Positions 50,018 to 60,235 of a stretch of DNA of 64,000 bases are shown one piece after another (positions within the stretch are counted from its first letter, which is position 1; the number at the start of each line of letters is the position of its first letter). Origin of the DNA: an uncultured Faecalibacterium sp. Its GTDB lineage: Bacteria; Bacillota; Clostridia; Oscillospirales; Ruminococcaceae. The stretch covers positions 122 to 64,121 of the forward strand of contig CAAFQM010000126.1 of NCBI GenBank assembly GCA_900765105.1, read 5' to 3'. The translations under genes were made by a program, and so were the position numbers. The notes beneath the pieces are model-generated. The model had not been told where the DNA came from and did not search any database. It saw nothing but the letters and a program-made list of their open reading frames with translations.

Positions 50018-50048
50018 TCAGAAATAAAACCATATCACCGAGAAAAAA

Positions 50049-51077
50049 TCAGAGAATCAGCATCGCATCGCCAAAACTGAAGAAGCGGTATTTTTCCTCA
50101 ACCGCCACCTTGTAAGCCGCCATTGTCTTCTCGTAGCCGTAGAGAGCGGACACAAGCATGATCAGGGTGCTCTCTGGCAGATGGAAGTTGGTGATCAAAC
50201 CGTCGATGCAGTTGAACTTCACGCCAGGATACAGGAAGATAGAGGTGTTGCCGCTGCAGGCGCGGATCTCGCCGTACTTTGCGGCAACTGCTTCCAGCGT
50301 GCGGCAGCTGGTGGTGCCCACGGCGATCACGCGGTGCCCGGCGGCCTTGGTGTCGCGGATCATCTGCGCGGTCTTTTCGTCGATGCAATACCACTCGCTG
50401 TGCATCTTGTGGTCGGTAATCTCGTCTTCCTGCACGGGACGGAAGGTGCCGAGGCCGACGTGCAGAGTCACTTCGGCAATGTTCACGCCCTTGGCGCGGA
50501 TAGTATCCATCAGCTCCGGGGTAAAGTGCAGGCCGGCCGTGGGAGCCGCAGCGCTGCCAAGCTCCTTTGCATAAACGGTCTGATACTGGCTCTGGTCTTC
50601 CAGCTGCTTCGTGATGTAGGGCGGCAGCGGCATTTTGCCGAACTCGTCCAGTTTTTCATAAAGCGTCTCGGTATCATAATAGAATGTAACGTACTTGTTG
50701 CCGTCTTCCAAGGTTTCATCTACCACGGCGGTCAGACTGCCGTCGCCGAAGCTGACCTTCGTGCCGGGCTGCATCCGCTTACCGGGCTTTGCCAGACACT
50801 CCCACTGGTCGCCTTTCACCTGACGGAGCAGCAGCAGCTCACACACGGCACCAGTGGGCTGTTTGATGCCGACGATGCGGGCCGGCAGGACCTTGGAGTT
50901 GTTGACAACCAGCAGGTCGCCCGGTTCCAGATATTCCGGCAGGTCACGGAAGATCCGGTGCTGGATGCTGTCGTCCTTCTGGCTCAGCACCATCAGCCGT
51001 GCAGAATCCCGGGGGGATGCCGGTTCCTGTGCAATGAGCTCTTTGGGTAAATCATACCAAAAATCTTTTTTTAACAT
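50049..51077 (-). CDS. queA: SAM:tRNA ribosyltransferase-isomerase
   Basis: LPPYI, YQTVYA, AAPTAGLHF, LHVGLGTF, TNFHLP, YRFFSFGDAM. Confidence 0.97.
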   Translation of the reverse strand: MLKKDFWYDLPKELIAQEPASPRDSARLMVLSQKDDSIQHRIFRDLPEYLEPGDLLVVNNSKVLPARIVGIKQPTGAVCELLLLRQVKGDQWECLAKPGKRMQPGTKVSFGDGSLTAVVDETLEDGNKYVTFYYDTETLYEKLDEFGKMPLPPYITKQLEDQSQYQTVYAKELGSAAAPTAGLHFTPELMDTIRAKGVNIAEVTLHVGLGTFRPVQEDEITDHKMHSEWYCIDEKTAQMIRDTKAAGHRVIAVGTTSCRTLEAVAAKYGEIRACSGNTSIFLYPGVKFNCIDGLITNFHLPESTLIMLVSALYGYEKTMAAYKVAVEEKYRFFSFGDAMLIL

Positions 51078-51154
51078 AGTGCGCAATTTGCCTTTCCGAT
51101 GATTGACACGGACACCGTATCAATGATATCATAAAATCTGTATAAACAGTATCT

Positions 51155-51183
51155 ATTATATTGCATTGCGGTTTGGTTTGCAA
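51155..51183 (-). promoter_or_regulatory. Sigma-A promoter of queA-tgt
   Basis: Minus strand TTGCAA, 17 bp, TATAAT. Confidence 0.75.
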
Positions 51184-51241
51184 GCCGTGATCTGCGCAAT
51201 CGTAATATTTATTGCTCTGGCTGAAAGGAAAGGTGCTGGAA

Positions 51242-52324
51242 ATGGAAAAACAGTATAAAGTGGGTATCGTAGGTGCAACCGGTATGGTGGGTCAGCGTTT
51301 TGTGACGCTGCTGGAAAATCATCCCTGGTTCAAGCTGACCGTTCTGGCTGCGTCTGGCCGCAGCGCAGGCAAGACCTACGAGGAAGCCGTCGGTTCCCGT
51401 TGGGCCATGACCGTTCCCATGCCCGAGAGTGTGAAGAAGATGGTCGTGCTGGACGCTTCCAAGGTGGAAGAGGTCGCTTCTCAGGTGGACTTCATCTTCT
51501 GCGCTGTCAACATGCCGAAGGATGAGATCAAGGCTCTGGAAGAAGCCTACGCCAAGGCCGAGTGCCCGGTTGTCTCCAACAACAGTGCAAACCGCTTTAC
51601 CCCGGATGTGCCGATGGTCGTGCCCGAGATCAATGCCGACCACATCGAGATCATTCCGGCACAGCGCAAGCGTCTGGGCACCAAGCGCGGCTTCATTGCC
51701 GTCAAGTCCAACTGCAGCCTGCAGAGCTATGTTCCCGCCCTGCACCCGCTGATGAAGGACTTTGGCGTCAGCAAGGCGCTGGTCTGCACCTATCAGGCGA
51801 TTTCCGGCGCAGGCAAGACCTTCGACCGGATGCCTGAGATCGTGGACAACGTCATCCCCTACATCGGCGGCGAAGAGGAAAAGAGTGAGCGCGAGCCGCT
51901 GAAGCTGTGGGGCCACATCGAGGGCGACCACATCGTCAACGCAGAGAAGCCTGTGATCACCGCACAGTGCTTCCGTGTGCCCGTTTCTGACGGTCACACT
52001 GCTGCCGTGTTCGTAAGCTTCGAGAAGAAGCCTACCAAGGAGCAGATGATCGAAGCATGGGAGAAGTTCCGCGGTCCCGCGCAGGAGCTGAACCTGCCCA
52101 GCGCACCCAAGCAGTTCCTGCACTACTTCACCGAGCCGGACCGTCCGCAGCCCAAGCTGGACCGCAACACCGAGAACGGTATGGCAGTGTGCATCGGCCG
52201 TCTGCGTGAGGATACCCTGTTTGATTACAAGTTTGCCTGCATGAGCCACAACACCCTGCGCGGCGCTGCAGGCGGCGGCGTTCTGCTGGCAGAACTGCTG
52301 GCAGCAAAGGGCTATTTTGACTAA
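51242..52324 (+). CDS. asd: Aspartate-semialdehyde dehydrogenase
   Basis: GATGMVGQ, VPEIN, KSNCS, QAISGAG, SHNTLRGAAG. Confidence 0.95.
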   Translation: MEKQYKVGIVGATGMVGQRFVTLLENHPWFKLTVLAASGRSAGKTYEEAVGSRWAMTVPMPESVKKMVVLDASKVEEVASQVDFIFCAVNMPKDEIKALEEAYAKAECPVVSNNSANRFTPDVPMVVPEINADHIEIIPAQRKRLGTKRGFIAVKSNCSLQSYVPALHPLMKDFGVSKALVCTYQAISGAGKTFDRMPEIVDNVIPYIGGEEEKSEREPLKLWGHIEGDHIVNAEKPVITAQCFRVPVSDGHTAAVFVSFEKKPTKEQMIEAWEKFRGPAQELNLPSAPKQFLHYFTEPDRPQPKLDRNTENGMAVCIGRLREDTLFDYKFACMSHNTLRGAAGGGVLLAELLAAKGYFD

Positions 52325-52366
52325 GCATATTTTGCGCGAAAACGCATGCAAAGGAGTTTTTAGGTT

Positions 52367-53260
52367 ATGAAGAATCCTGTCTTTACCGGCGCGGGCGTTG
52401 CGATCATCACCCCGATGTACGAGGACGGAAGCATCAATTTTGACGAGCTGGGCCGTATTATCGAGGACCAGATCGCCCGCGGCACCGATGCCATCGTGAT
52501 CTGCGGTACCACCGGCGAGTGCTCTACCATGACCGACGAAGAGCAGCTGGCCGCCATCAAGTACACGGTGGACGTTGTGAATCACCGTGTGCCTGTGATC
52601 GCAGGTGCCGGTTCCAACGATACGGATCATGGCTGTGCACTGGCTGCAAAGTCCGCTGAGTGCGGCGCAGATGCGCTGCTGATGGTCACCCCGTACTACA
52701 ACAAGACCTCTCAGGCTGGTCTTGTCGCCCACTTTACTGCCATGGCAGAAGCAGGCGGCATCCCCGTCATCGTGTACAATGTGCCTTCCCGCACGGGCCT
52801 GAACATTGCGCCGGAGACGGCTCTGGAGCTGAGCAAGCATCCGCTGATCAACGGCATCAAGGAAGCTTCCGGCAATATTTCGCAGGTGGCAAAGATCGCG
52901 CAGCTGTGCGGTGATGAGCTGAACATTTACTCCGGTAACGATGATCAGATGGTTCCTCTGCTGGCTTTGGGCGGCAAGGGCGTCATCAGTGTTGTTTCCA
53001 ACGTCAAACCGGAGCTGGTGCACAACTGCTGCAAGGCATTCTTTGACGGTGATACCGCAAAGGCACGCGAGTTGCAGCTGGAGATGCTGCCGCTGGCAGA
53101 CGCTCTGTTCTGCGAGGTGAACCCCATCCCGGTGAAGTACGCCATGAACGTGCTCGGCTGGGAGGCCGGCGAATGCCGTCTGCCTCTGGTAGAACCCAGT
53201 GACGCACACAAGGAGTATATCGAAAAGGCTTTGCAGGAAGCAGGTCTGATCCAGGAATGA
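52367..53260 (+). CDS. dapA: 4-hydroxy-tetrahydrodipicolinate synthase
   Basis: GTTGE, TPYYNK, YNVPSRTG, GIKEASG. Confidence 0.96.
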   Translation: MKNPVFTGAGVAIITPMYEDGSINFDELGRIIEDQIARGTDAIVICGTTGECSTMTDEEQLAAIKYTVDVVNHRVPVIAGAGSNDTDHGCALAAKSAECGADALLMVTPYYNKTSQAGLVAHFTAMAEAGGIPVIVYNVPSRTGLNIAPETALELSKHPLINGIKEASGNISQVAKIAQLCGDELNIYSGNDDQMVPLLALGGKGVISVVSNVKPELVHNCCKAFFDGDTAKARELQLEMLPLADALFCEVNPIPVKYAMNVLGWEAGECRLPLVEPSDAHKEYIEKALQEAGLIQE

Positions 53261-53345
53261 TCCAGCACAAAATGCCCGGCGGCTCCTGCCCGGGCATTTT
53301 GCCGTATTTGTCGCACCCATAACAGCGGCAGGAAGGGATAAAATT

Positions 53346-54104
53346 ATGACAGAAATTGTGATTCAGGGTATTGGCGGCCGGATGGGCCATGTTCTGTGCG
53401 ACCTGATCGCGCAGCGTGAGGATTGCTGTGTTGTCGCCGGTATCGATGTGAAAGATGGCGAGCAGAACGGTATCCCGGTTTACGACAGTCTGGAAAAGCT
53501 GAACGGCAAGGGCGATGTGATCATCGATTTCAGCTCCCCTGCTGCCGTGGAGAAGGCTCTGCCTTACTGCGAAGCTCACAAGCTGCCCATCGTGGTCTGC
53601 ACAACAGGTTTGTCCGAGGAGCTGCAGCTGAAGGTCGTGCAGCTGTCCCGCACGGTGCCTGTCTTCAAAAGCGCCAACATGTCCATGGGCATCAATGTGC
53701 TTTCCGAGCTGTGCAAGCGTGCCTCGGCCATTCTGGGCGTGAACTACGATGTCGAGATCGTCGAGCAGCACCACCATAATAAGCTGGATGCTCCCAGTGG
53801 AACGGCTTTGATGCTGGCCGATGCAATCAACGAGCAGAACAACGGTGAGTATCACTATGTCTACGACCGCTCTGCGGTCCGTCAGAAGCGCGACCCGAAG
53901 GAGATCGGCATCAGCTCCGTGCGCGGCGGCAGTATTGTGGGCGACCATGAAGTGCTGTTCTGCGGCCCGGATGAGGTGATCACCCTCAAGCATACCGCAT
54001 ACTCCCGCAACATTTTTGCAAATGGTGCGGTCAATGCTGCTGTCTATCTGGCAAATAAGGAACCGGGCCTGTACAATATGGGCGACCTGATCGCAGCTCT
54101 TTGA
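53346..54104 (+). CDS. dapB: 4-hydroxy-tetrahydrodipicolinate reductase
   Basis: GRMG, IDFS, ANMSMG, EQHHHNKLDAPSGTA. Confidence 0.95.
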   Translation: MTEIVIQGIGGRMGHVLCDLIAQREDCCVVAGIDVKDGEQNGIPVYDSLEKLNGKGDVIIDFSSPAAVEKALPYCEAHKLPIVVCTTGLSEELQLKVVQLSRTVPVFKSANMSMGINVLSELCKRASAILGVNYDVEIVEQHHHNKLDAPSGTALMLADAINEQNNGEYHYVYDRSAVRQKRDPKEIGISSVRGGSIVGDHEVLFCGPDEVITLKHTAYSRNIFANGAVNAAVYLANKEPGLYNMGDLIAAL

Positions 54105-54120
54105 GCTGTAGAACCGGCAT

Positions 54121-55440
54121 ATGCCGTTGAAAGATGTGAATCGAATGAGTAAGCATGAAGCTCCCCGCAGACGACGTTCTTCTGCTAAGCGGCGGGCACG
54201 GACACAGATTCTCTGGACAGCGGTCCCCGTACTGATTCTGGCGTTTCTGTGTCTGGCCTGCTTTCCGAGATTTTTACCGGGCAGTCTGATTCCTGTTGCC
54301 GGCCCGGAAGCGACGTCAGAACCAGCGGCTGATTCGTCGATCGCGGAGTCCAAGCCGCAGGAACCGGAAAAAGAACCGGAACCTGTTGTGCAGACGGTCC
54401 GCTTTTCTGCCACAGGAGACGATTTGATCCATTCCCCTATCTACAAGCAGGCAAAGCGCCGGGCTTCCGGGTCGGAAGCATACAGTTTTGACTACTGCTA
54501 CGAGCATATCGCGCCGTTCTATGCCAAGCAGGATGTCAACTGGATCAATCAGGAAACGCTGTGCAACGATGAGCTTGAGCCGTCTTCCTATCCGTGCTTT
54601 TCGACACCGGGAGATTGTGCCAGAGCACTTTACCGGGCGGGTGTCCGGGTGTTCAGCCTTTCCAATAATCATACATACGACAAAGGTGCGGCAGGCATTG
54701 CGGCAACGCTTCGTTTCTGGGAGAGTATGCCGGAGGACGTTGTGACGACGGGTCTCTGGCGCGGCGTGGACGATTACAGCCGCATCCCGACACAGACGGT
54801 CAACGGGGTCACAATCGCATATCTCTCCTATACTGAACACACCAATGGCATCCCTCAGAGCAGCGCTATGACGGCAAATGTGATCTACACCAGCCAGACT
54901 GATGTGATCGAGCAACAGGTGCGTGCCGCAAGGGAGGCAGCAGATTTTGTGGTAGTCGGCGTGCACTGGGGCGTGGAGAACAGCCATACGATCGTGGACT
55001 CACAGCGGACACTTGCGCAACAGTTAGCCGACTGGGGTGCCGATGTGATCGTGGGCACTCATCCGCATGTGCTGCAGGATGCCCAGTGGCTGATTGCTCA
55101 GGACGGACGAAAAGTCTTTGCAGCTTATTCGCTGGGCAACTTTCTCAGTACGCAGAATAAACCGGATCAACTTGTCGGTGCGATCCTGACCGCGCAGTTC
55201 CAGAAGACCACCGATCCGGACGGAACGGTTCAGACTGCAGTTCTGATGCCGGAGCTTCATCCAACCGTTACCCACTACGACGCCGGAAAATCCAATGTGC
55301 GCACCTATCTCCTGTGCGATTATACGCAGGAATTGGCGCGGCAGCATGGGGCGCGGGCGGATTATTCCAATTTCAGCCTTGACACAGCCCGCGAAATCGC
55401 GCAAAATAATATCAGCGCAGACTTTTTAACGCTTACATAA
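54121..55440 (+). CDS. CapA/PgsA-family membrane-anchored metallophosphoesterase-like protein
   Basis: TM anchor; ATGD, NQET, SNNHTYD, VHWG.E, GTHPHV, YSLGNF; start may be 54145. Confidence 0.85.
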   Translation: MPLKDVNRMSKHEAPRRRRSSAKRRARTQILWTAVPVLILAFLCLACFPRFLPGSLIPVAGPEATSEPAADSSIAESKPQEPEKEPEPVVQTVRFSATGDDLIHSPIYKQAKRRASGSEAYSFDYCYEHIAPFYAKQDVNWINQETLCNDELEPSSYPCFSTPGDCARALYRAGVRVFSLSNNHTYDKGAAGIAATLRFWESMPEDVVTTGLWRGVDDYSRIPTQTVNGVTIAYLSYTEHTNGIPQSSAMTANVIYTSQTDVIEQQVRAAREAADFVVVGVHWGVENSHTIVDSQRTLAQQLADWGADVIVGTHPHVLQDAQWLIAQDGRKVFAAYSLGNFLSTQNKPDQLVGAILTAQFQKTTDPDGTVQTAVLMPELHPTVTHYDAGKSNVRTYLLCDYTQELARQHGARADYSNFSLDTAREIAQNNISADFLTLT

Positions 55441-55492
55441 AACGTGGGAATTGAGAGTGATGCCTGCAAGGCGGGCAGAATGGAGGGCTTTT

Positions 55493-55960
55493 ATGTACGG
55501 AGTATCCAAAATCAATATTGAACCGAGTCTGATGATGATCAGTGTGCAGGATGTGGAGTTCAAGGACAACAGTCTGGCACGTTATCTGCAGATTTTTGCA
55601 GACAACGGCGTTGTGGTAGACATGATCAGCCAGAGTGCCCCGCACGGAACGACCATCGATTTCAGCTTTACAGCATCCGGCAGCGACCTGCCGCTGGTGA
55701 TGAAGGCAATCTCTGCTGCAAATCTGGATAAGGGCGCCAAGGCTTCTCCGCTGATCAGCGTCGGCTACTCCAAGCTGAACCTGTTCGGCGAAGAAATGGT
55801 CACCAGCTGCGGTGTAGCTGCCCGGGCACTGAATGCACTGGCAATGGCTGGCATTGAGGTGTTGCTGATCACTACCAGCGATCTGGACATTTCCCTGCTG
55901 GTTCATGCTGAAAACGAAGATGCCGCCTATGAGGCTCTGAAAAAGGCATACGAGTTATAA
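55493..55960 (+). CDS. Stand-alone ACT-ACT protein resembling the aspartokinase beta (regulatory) subunit
   Basis: VVDMISQS, FSFT, LFGEEMVTSCGVAAR, ITTSDLDISLLV; no kinase domain. Confidence 0.8.
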   Translation: MYGVSKINIEPSLMMISVQDVEFKDNSLARYLQIFADNGVVVDMISQSAPHGTTIDFSFTASGSDLPLVMKAISAANLDKGAKASPLISVGYSKLNLFGEEMVTSCGVAARALNALAMAGIEVLLITTSDLDISLLVHAENEDAAYEALKKAYEL

Positions 55961-56048
55961 GCCAGAAAGAGGCCCGGAGCGCAGGTGATTTGCTGCTCCG
56001 GGTCCCCTTTTTGTGAGGTTGAATTTTGTCAATATCGGGAGAGTATCT

Positions 56049-56375
56049 ATGAGCAAATATGATGATCTTGCAAAAGTCATCATCCGGAATGTTGGTGGAA
56101 GAGCCAATATTCTGTCACTGACGCACTGTGCGACACGGCTTCGTTTTCGGCTCCGGGACGAAGGTAAAGCGGACACACATGCACTGAATCATACCAGTGG
56201 CGTTGTTACAGTGATCCGGAGCGGCGGCCAGTATATGGTCGTGATCGGGCCGCGTGTTGTGGATGTGTACAGCGCTGTTTGCTCCGCTGCGCATCTTGGC
56301 AGTGACCTAAAAGAAGCAGACAGCAGCGAGAAGCATTTCCTTTCCGGTCTGCTGCATAAAATTTTCCGGAAATAA
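56049..56375 (+). CDS. Stand-alone PTS EIIB domain protein (Glc/Bgl family)
   Basis: VGGRANI..THCATRLRF with the phospho-acceptor Cys; 108 aa. Confidence 0.8.
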   Translation: MSKYDDLAKVIIRNVGGRANILSLTHCATRLRFRLRDEGKADTHALNHTSGVVTVIRSGGQYMVVIGPRVVDVYSAVCSAAHLGSDLKEADSSEKHFLSGLLHKIFRK

Positions 56376-56396
56376 GATATTTATAAGAATGTAAAC

Positions 56397-56430
56397 AAAA
56401 TGGGCCTGTGCTTTTAAGCACAGGCCCATC
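56397..56430. terminator. Terminator between convergent EIIB gene and tyrS
   Basis: ATGGGCCTGTGCTT-TT-AAGCACAGGCCCAT with an A run on the left. Confidence 0.75.
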
Positions 56431-56454
56431 TGCGTACTGCTGGACTGTAAAAGT

Positions 56455-57675
56455 TTACAGTGTAACTTTGTGGTAGATCTTTTTGCCCTTCTTGATCACG
56501 ATGCCCTTGGCAAGCTGCTCAGCGGTAAAGCTGACCGTCGGGGCTGCAACTTTTTCGCCGTCAGCCAGCACACCGCCCTGAACGACCAGACGACGTGCTT
56601 CGCCGTTGGAAGCAGCCAGACCAGCCTTGACCATCAGGGTCAGGATGCCAATGGAGCCATCGGTCAGATCTGCTTCGGTCAGTTGTGTGGAAGGCATATG
56701 CTCAGTGTCCATGGCGTTGCCACTGAACAGTGCACGGGCAGCATTCTGAGCCTTTTCGGCCTCTTCCTTGCCATGGACCATACTGGTCATCTCGTAAGCA
56801 AGGATCTCTTTGGCTTCGTTCAGGCGCTGGTCCTTCCAAGTGCTCATCTCGTCGATCTGCTCCAGCGGCAGGAAGGTCAGCATCCGGATGCACTTCATAA
56901 CGTCGGCATCACCCACATTGCGCCAATACTGATAGAACTCGAAGGGGCTGGTCTTGTTCGGGTCGAGCCAGACCGCGTTGCCGGCGGTCTTGCCCATCTT
57001 CTTGCCCTGAGAGTCGGTCAGCAGAGTAACCGTCATGGCGTAGGCATCCTTGCCAAGCTTACGGCGGATCAGTTCGGTGCCGCCCAGCATATTGCTCCAC
57101 TGATCATCGCCGCCGAACTGCATGTTGCAGCCGTAGTGCTGGAACATGTAGTAGAAGTCGTAGCTCTGCATGATCATGTAGTTGAATTCCAGGAAAGACA
57201 GGCCCTTCTCCATACGCTGCTTGTAGCACTCGGCGCGCAGCATATTGTTCACAGAGAAGCAGGCACCCACTTCACGCAGCAACTCCACATAGTTCAAGTT
57301 CAGCAGCCAGTCGGCATTGTTCAACATCAATGCCTTTCCCTCAGAAAAGTCGATGAAGTTTTCCATCTGCTTTTTGAAGCAGGCAGCATTGTGTGCAATG
57401 TCATCCTTTGTCAGCATCTTGCGCATGTCGGTGCGGCCGGAAGGATCACCGATCATGGTCGTGCCGCCGCCGATCAGGGCGATGGGCTTGTTGCCCGCCA
57501 TCTGCAGGCGCTTCATCAGGGTCAGAGCCAGAAAATGGCCGGCGGTCAGACTGTCGGCTGTGCAGTCAAAACCAATGTAAAAGGTAGCCTTGCCGTTGTT
57601 GATCAGGTCGATGATCTCATCATCGGTGATCTGTGCCACCAGTCCACGGGCCTGCAGTTCTTCGTACAGAGTCAT
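56455..57675 (-). CDS. tyrS: Tyrosine--tRNA ligase
   Basis: YIGFDCTADSLTAGH, IGDPSG, GGDDQW, KMGKT, S4 domain. Confidence 0.97.
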   Translation of the reverse strand: MTLYEELQARGLVAQITDDEIIDLINNGKATFYIGFDCTADSLTAGHFLALTLMKRLQMAGNKPIALIGGGTTMIGDPSGRTDMRKMLTKDDIAHNAACFKKQMENFIDFSEGKALMLNNADWLLNLNYVELLREVGACFSVNNMLRAECYKQRMEKGLSFLEFNYMIMQSYDFYYMFQHYGCNMQFGGDDQWSNMLGGTELIRRKLGKDAYAMTVTLLTDSQGKKMGKTAGNAVWLDPNKTSPFEFYQYWRNVGDADVMKCIRMLTFLPLEQIDEMSTWKDQRLNEAKEILAYEMTSMVHGKEEAEKAQNAARALFSGNAMDTEHMPSTQLTEADLTDGSIGILTLMVKAGLAASNGEARRLVVQGGVLADGEKVAAPTVSFTAEQLAKGIVIKKGKKIYHKVTL

Positions 57676-57711
57676 TGTTTCTTCCTCCTGTTGGATGTGG
57701 GCAGAGGGAAA

Positions 57712-57995
57712 AATAAAACACCCCCTGCCAAAATAAATTGGCAGAGGGCGAGAAAAATTCGCGGTACCACCTCTGTTTGCCGTTTCCTCACGGAAACGAC
57801 CTCACGAGTGCATACCCCAGAGTAGAGCAACACTCCTGCGTTTATAACGCTCGCACGCGGCACAGCCTAATAGCGCTTACGCATTCAGCCTGCAGCTCCG
57901 GGAGGTATTTCACCCGCTGCTCTGCAGCCCCTTTCACCAACCGGGGCCTCTCTGTCCAAAGCATATCGGGATACTTGTTCCCTTCATCGCCATTA
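57712..57995 (-). ncRNA. T-box riboswitch (Tyr)
   Basis: Minus strand stem I with AGAGA and GGTGAA motifs, specifier TAC (57905-57907), T-box AGAGGTGGTACCGCG, terminator CCCTCTGCCAA...TTGGCAGGGG; TTGACA-17-TAAAGT upstream. Confidence 0.95.
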
Positions 57996-58048
57996 ACATT
58001 ATTTACTTTATCACAAGTGCCGACACTTGTCAAGCAGCAAAATCAGCA

Positions 58049-59713
58049 TCACCCGGCGGAAGTGTTCAGCATTTCCCGCGCATTTGCAAGCGAAAGCTCG
58101 GTAACGTGATCGCCAGAGATCAGACGCGCCAGCGCCTTTACACGGCCTTCCGTATCCAGCGGGTGAATTTCCGTATAAGTACGGTCGTTCAAGATGTTTT
58201 TCTGGATCAGCAGATGACAGTCTGCCAATGCCGCGATCTGCGCAGTGTGTGTGATGCAGAGGATCTGATGTCCCTGAGCGCTCTGCCGCAGAACTTCGCC
58301 AATGCGGCTGGCTGCCTTGCCGGATACACCGCTGTCGATCTCGTCGTAGATCACAGTCGGCACAGCGTCCCTGTCGGCCATCGCATTCTTGATAGCGAGC
58401 GTAATACGGCTCAGCTCGCCGCCGGACGCGATCTTAGCCAGTGGCTTTGGCGCTTCACCGGGGTTTGTGGAAATATAAAATTCGATGCTGTCCTGACCAT
58501 GGCTCGCCAGAGGACCGCGGGTATGCTGCAATGTCATACGGACACCTGGCATATTCAGGAAATCCAGCGTTCCGGAGATACGCTTGTTCAACTCTTCGAA
58601 CGCATGCAGGCGTGTCTGGGTAAGAAGCTCTGCTTTTTCACGAGCCAGCGTATAAAGACGCCGCTTTTCTGCCTGAAGCTGATCCTGGCGTTCCTGCGAA
58701 GTCTGGATCCGCTCCAGTTCTTCCCGGGCCTTCTGCCCGAACGCAATCACATCTTCTACCGTGTCGCCGTATTTCCGCTTGAGCTTATACAGCAGATCCA
58801 GTCGCTGTTCGATCTCGTCAAGCTCGGCGTCGTTCGTGTCATAGGCATCCAGCCTCCGGATCAGATCGGCTGCTGCATCTTTCGCAGTATAATAAAGATC
58901 TGTCAGCTGGCCTGCTGTATCTGATAGAGCCGCATCCAGTTGCGCGGCTTCGTCCAGAGCATTGGACGCTTCGCCCAGAAGGTCTACCGCACCGGGTGCT
59001 TCGTCTCCACCGGAGAGCAGTGCATAGCACTGTGCGATACGGTCACGGATAGTCGATGCGTTCGCAAGAACCTTCCGCCGGGTTTCAAGGGTCTGTTCTT
59101 CCCCTGCCGTCAGCCCGGCGGCATCGATCTCCTGCACCTGATAGCTCAGCAGATCGATACGGCGCTGTTTTTCCGCTTCATCGGTGATCATGGCGTCCAG
59201 CTCCCGCTTGATCTGCACAAGCTTGCGGTACAGCGTATAATATTCCTGAAACTCTGCCCCATTCTGTGCATAGTCATCCAAGATGCCAAGATGATGCGCC
59301 GGGTTCAGCAAACCTACAGAATCGTGCTGTCCGTTGATGTTGATCAGCCCTCCGCACAGGTCCCGCAGAACGGCTGCTGTGGCTGGCATCCCGTTGATGC
59401 GGCAGGTGCTTTTGCCCTCCGCTGTGATCTCACGGCTGAGCATCAGCGCATCCGCCCGCTCATAACCGGCATTTTCCAGACGGTTCTGCACCGCCTCCGG
59501 GACCTGCTCGAATGCAGCGCGGATCACAGCTTTGGCAGCTCCGGTCCGCACAAGATCACGGGAAGTGCGGTTGCCCAGAATTGCATTGATCGAATCGATC
59601 AGGATCGATTTGCCCGCACCCGTCTCGCCGGTAAGAACATTCAGGCCCGGCTGAAAGTGCACTTCCGCTTTCTGAATGACGGCAACATTTTCTATTTGCA
59701 GGCTGCTCAGCAT
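58049..59713 (-). CDS. recN: DNA repair protein RecN
   Basis: TGETGAGKS, INGQHD, ASGGELSR, DEIDSG. Confidence 0.96.
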   Translation of the reverse strand: MLSSLQIENVAVIQKAEVHFQPGLNVLTGETGAGKSILIDSINAILGNRTSRDLVRTGAAKAVIRAAFEQVPEAVQNRLENAGYERADALMLSREITAEGKSTCRINGMPATAAVLRDLCGGLININGQHDSVGLLNPAHHLGILDDYAQNGAEFQEYYTLYRKLVQIKRELDAMITDEAEKQRRIDLLSYQVQEIDAAGLTAGEEQTLETRRKVLANASTIRDRIAQCYALLSGGDEAPGAVDLLGEASNALDEAAQLDAALSDTAGQLTDLYYTAKDAAADLIRRLDAYDTNDAELDEIEQRLDLLYKLKRKYGDTVEDVIAFGQKAREELERIQTSQERQDQLQAEKRRLYTLAREKAELLTQTRLHAFEELNKRISGTLDFLNMPGVRMTLQHTRGPLASHGQDSIEFYISTNPGEAPKPLAKIASGGELSRITLAIKNAMADRDAVPTVIYDEIDSGVSGKAASRIGEVLRQSAQGHQILCITHTAQIAALADCHLLIQKNILNDRTYTEIHPLDTEGRVKALARLISGDHVTELSLANAREMLNTSAG

Positions 59714-59731
59714 GTTAATCTCTCCCGCGTG

Positions 59732-60220
59732 TTATTTCTGCACGATATGCCGTGCCAGTTCCGAACAAATCGTTTTTGCATCCCGCTCCGAGCGCGCCAC
59801 GATCAGGAACGTATCATCACCTGAAAGCGTTCCCACGACATTCTTCCATTGCAGCGCGTCAAAGACCTCGCAGGCAGCATTTGCCATGCCAGAATAGCAT
59901 TTGACCAGAACCACATGCCCGGCGTAATCGACTCCGAGCACCGATTCGTGAAAGATCGTCTCGAAACGTCCCTGTGTTTTGGGATTGAAGCTTTCGTTCC
60001 GGCTGGAAACATACCGGTATCCTTCGGCTGTTGCAGCTTTTACAAGGCACAACTCCCGGATATCGCGGGAGACCGTGGCCTGCGTGACCTCAAAGCCTTC
60101 CTTACTCAGATATTCCAGCAAAACTTCCTGTCGGCTGATTGGATTTTCCCGGACCAGCCGGAGAATCGCCTGCTGCCGGTCCCCTTTGCTTTTTGCATCA
60201 TCCTTACGGCTGCGTGCCAT
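59732..60220 (-). CDS. argR: Arginine repressor
   Basis: TQATVSRDIREL, GTLSGDDT. Confidence 0.95.
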   Translation of the reverse strand: MARSRKDDAKSKGDRQQAILRLVRENPISRQEVLLEYLSKEGFEVTQATVSRDIRELCLVKAATAEGYRYVSSRNESFNPKTQGRFETIFHESVLGVDYAGHVVLVKCYSGMANAACEVFDALQWKNVVGTLSGDDTFLIVARSERDAKTICSELARHIVQK

Positions 60221-60235
60221 TTCTTTCGCCCCCTG

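Noticed and set aside
51087..51241. Lysine riboswitch upstream of asd-dapA-dapB
   Set aside because: The gap is short, shared with the divergent queA promoter, and has no L-box motifs
53268..53301. Hairpin between dapA and dapB as a novel element
   Set aside because: A simple GC-rich stem with a short T tract; explained as a partial terminator or mRNA-stabilising hairpin
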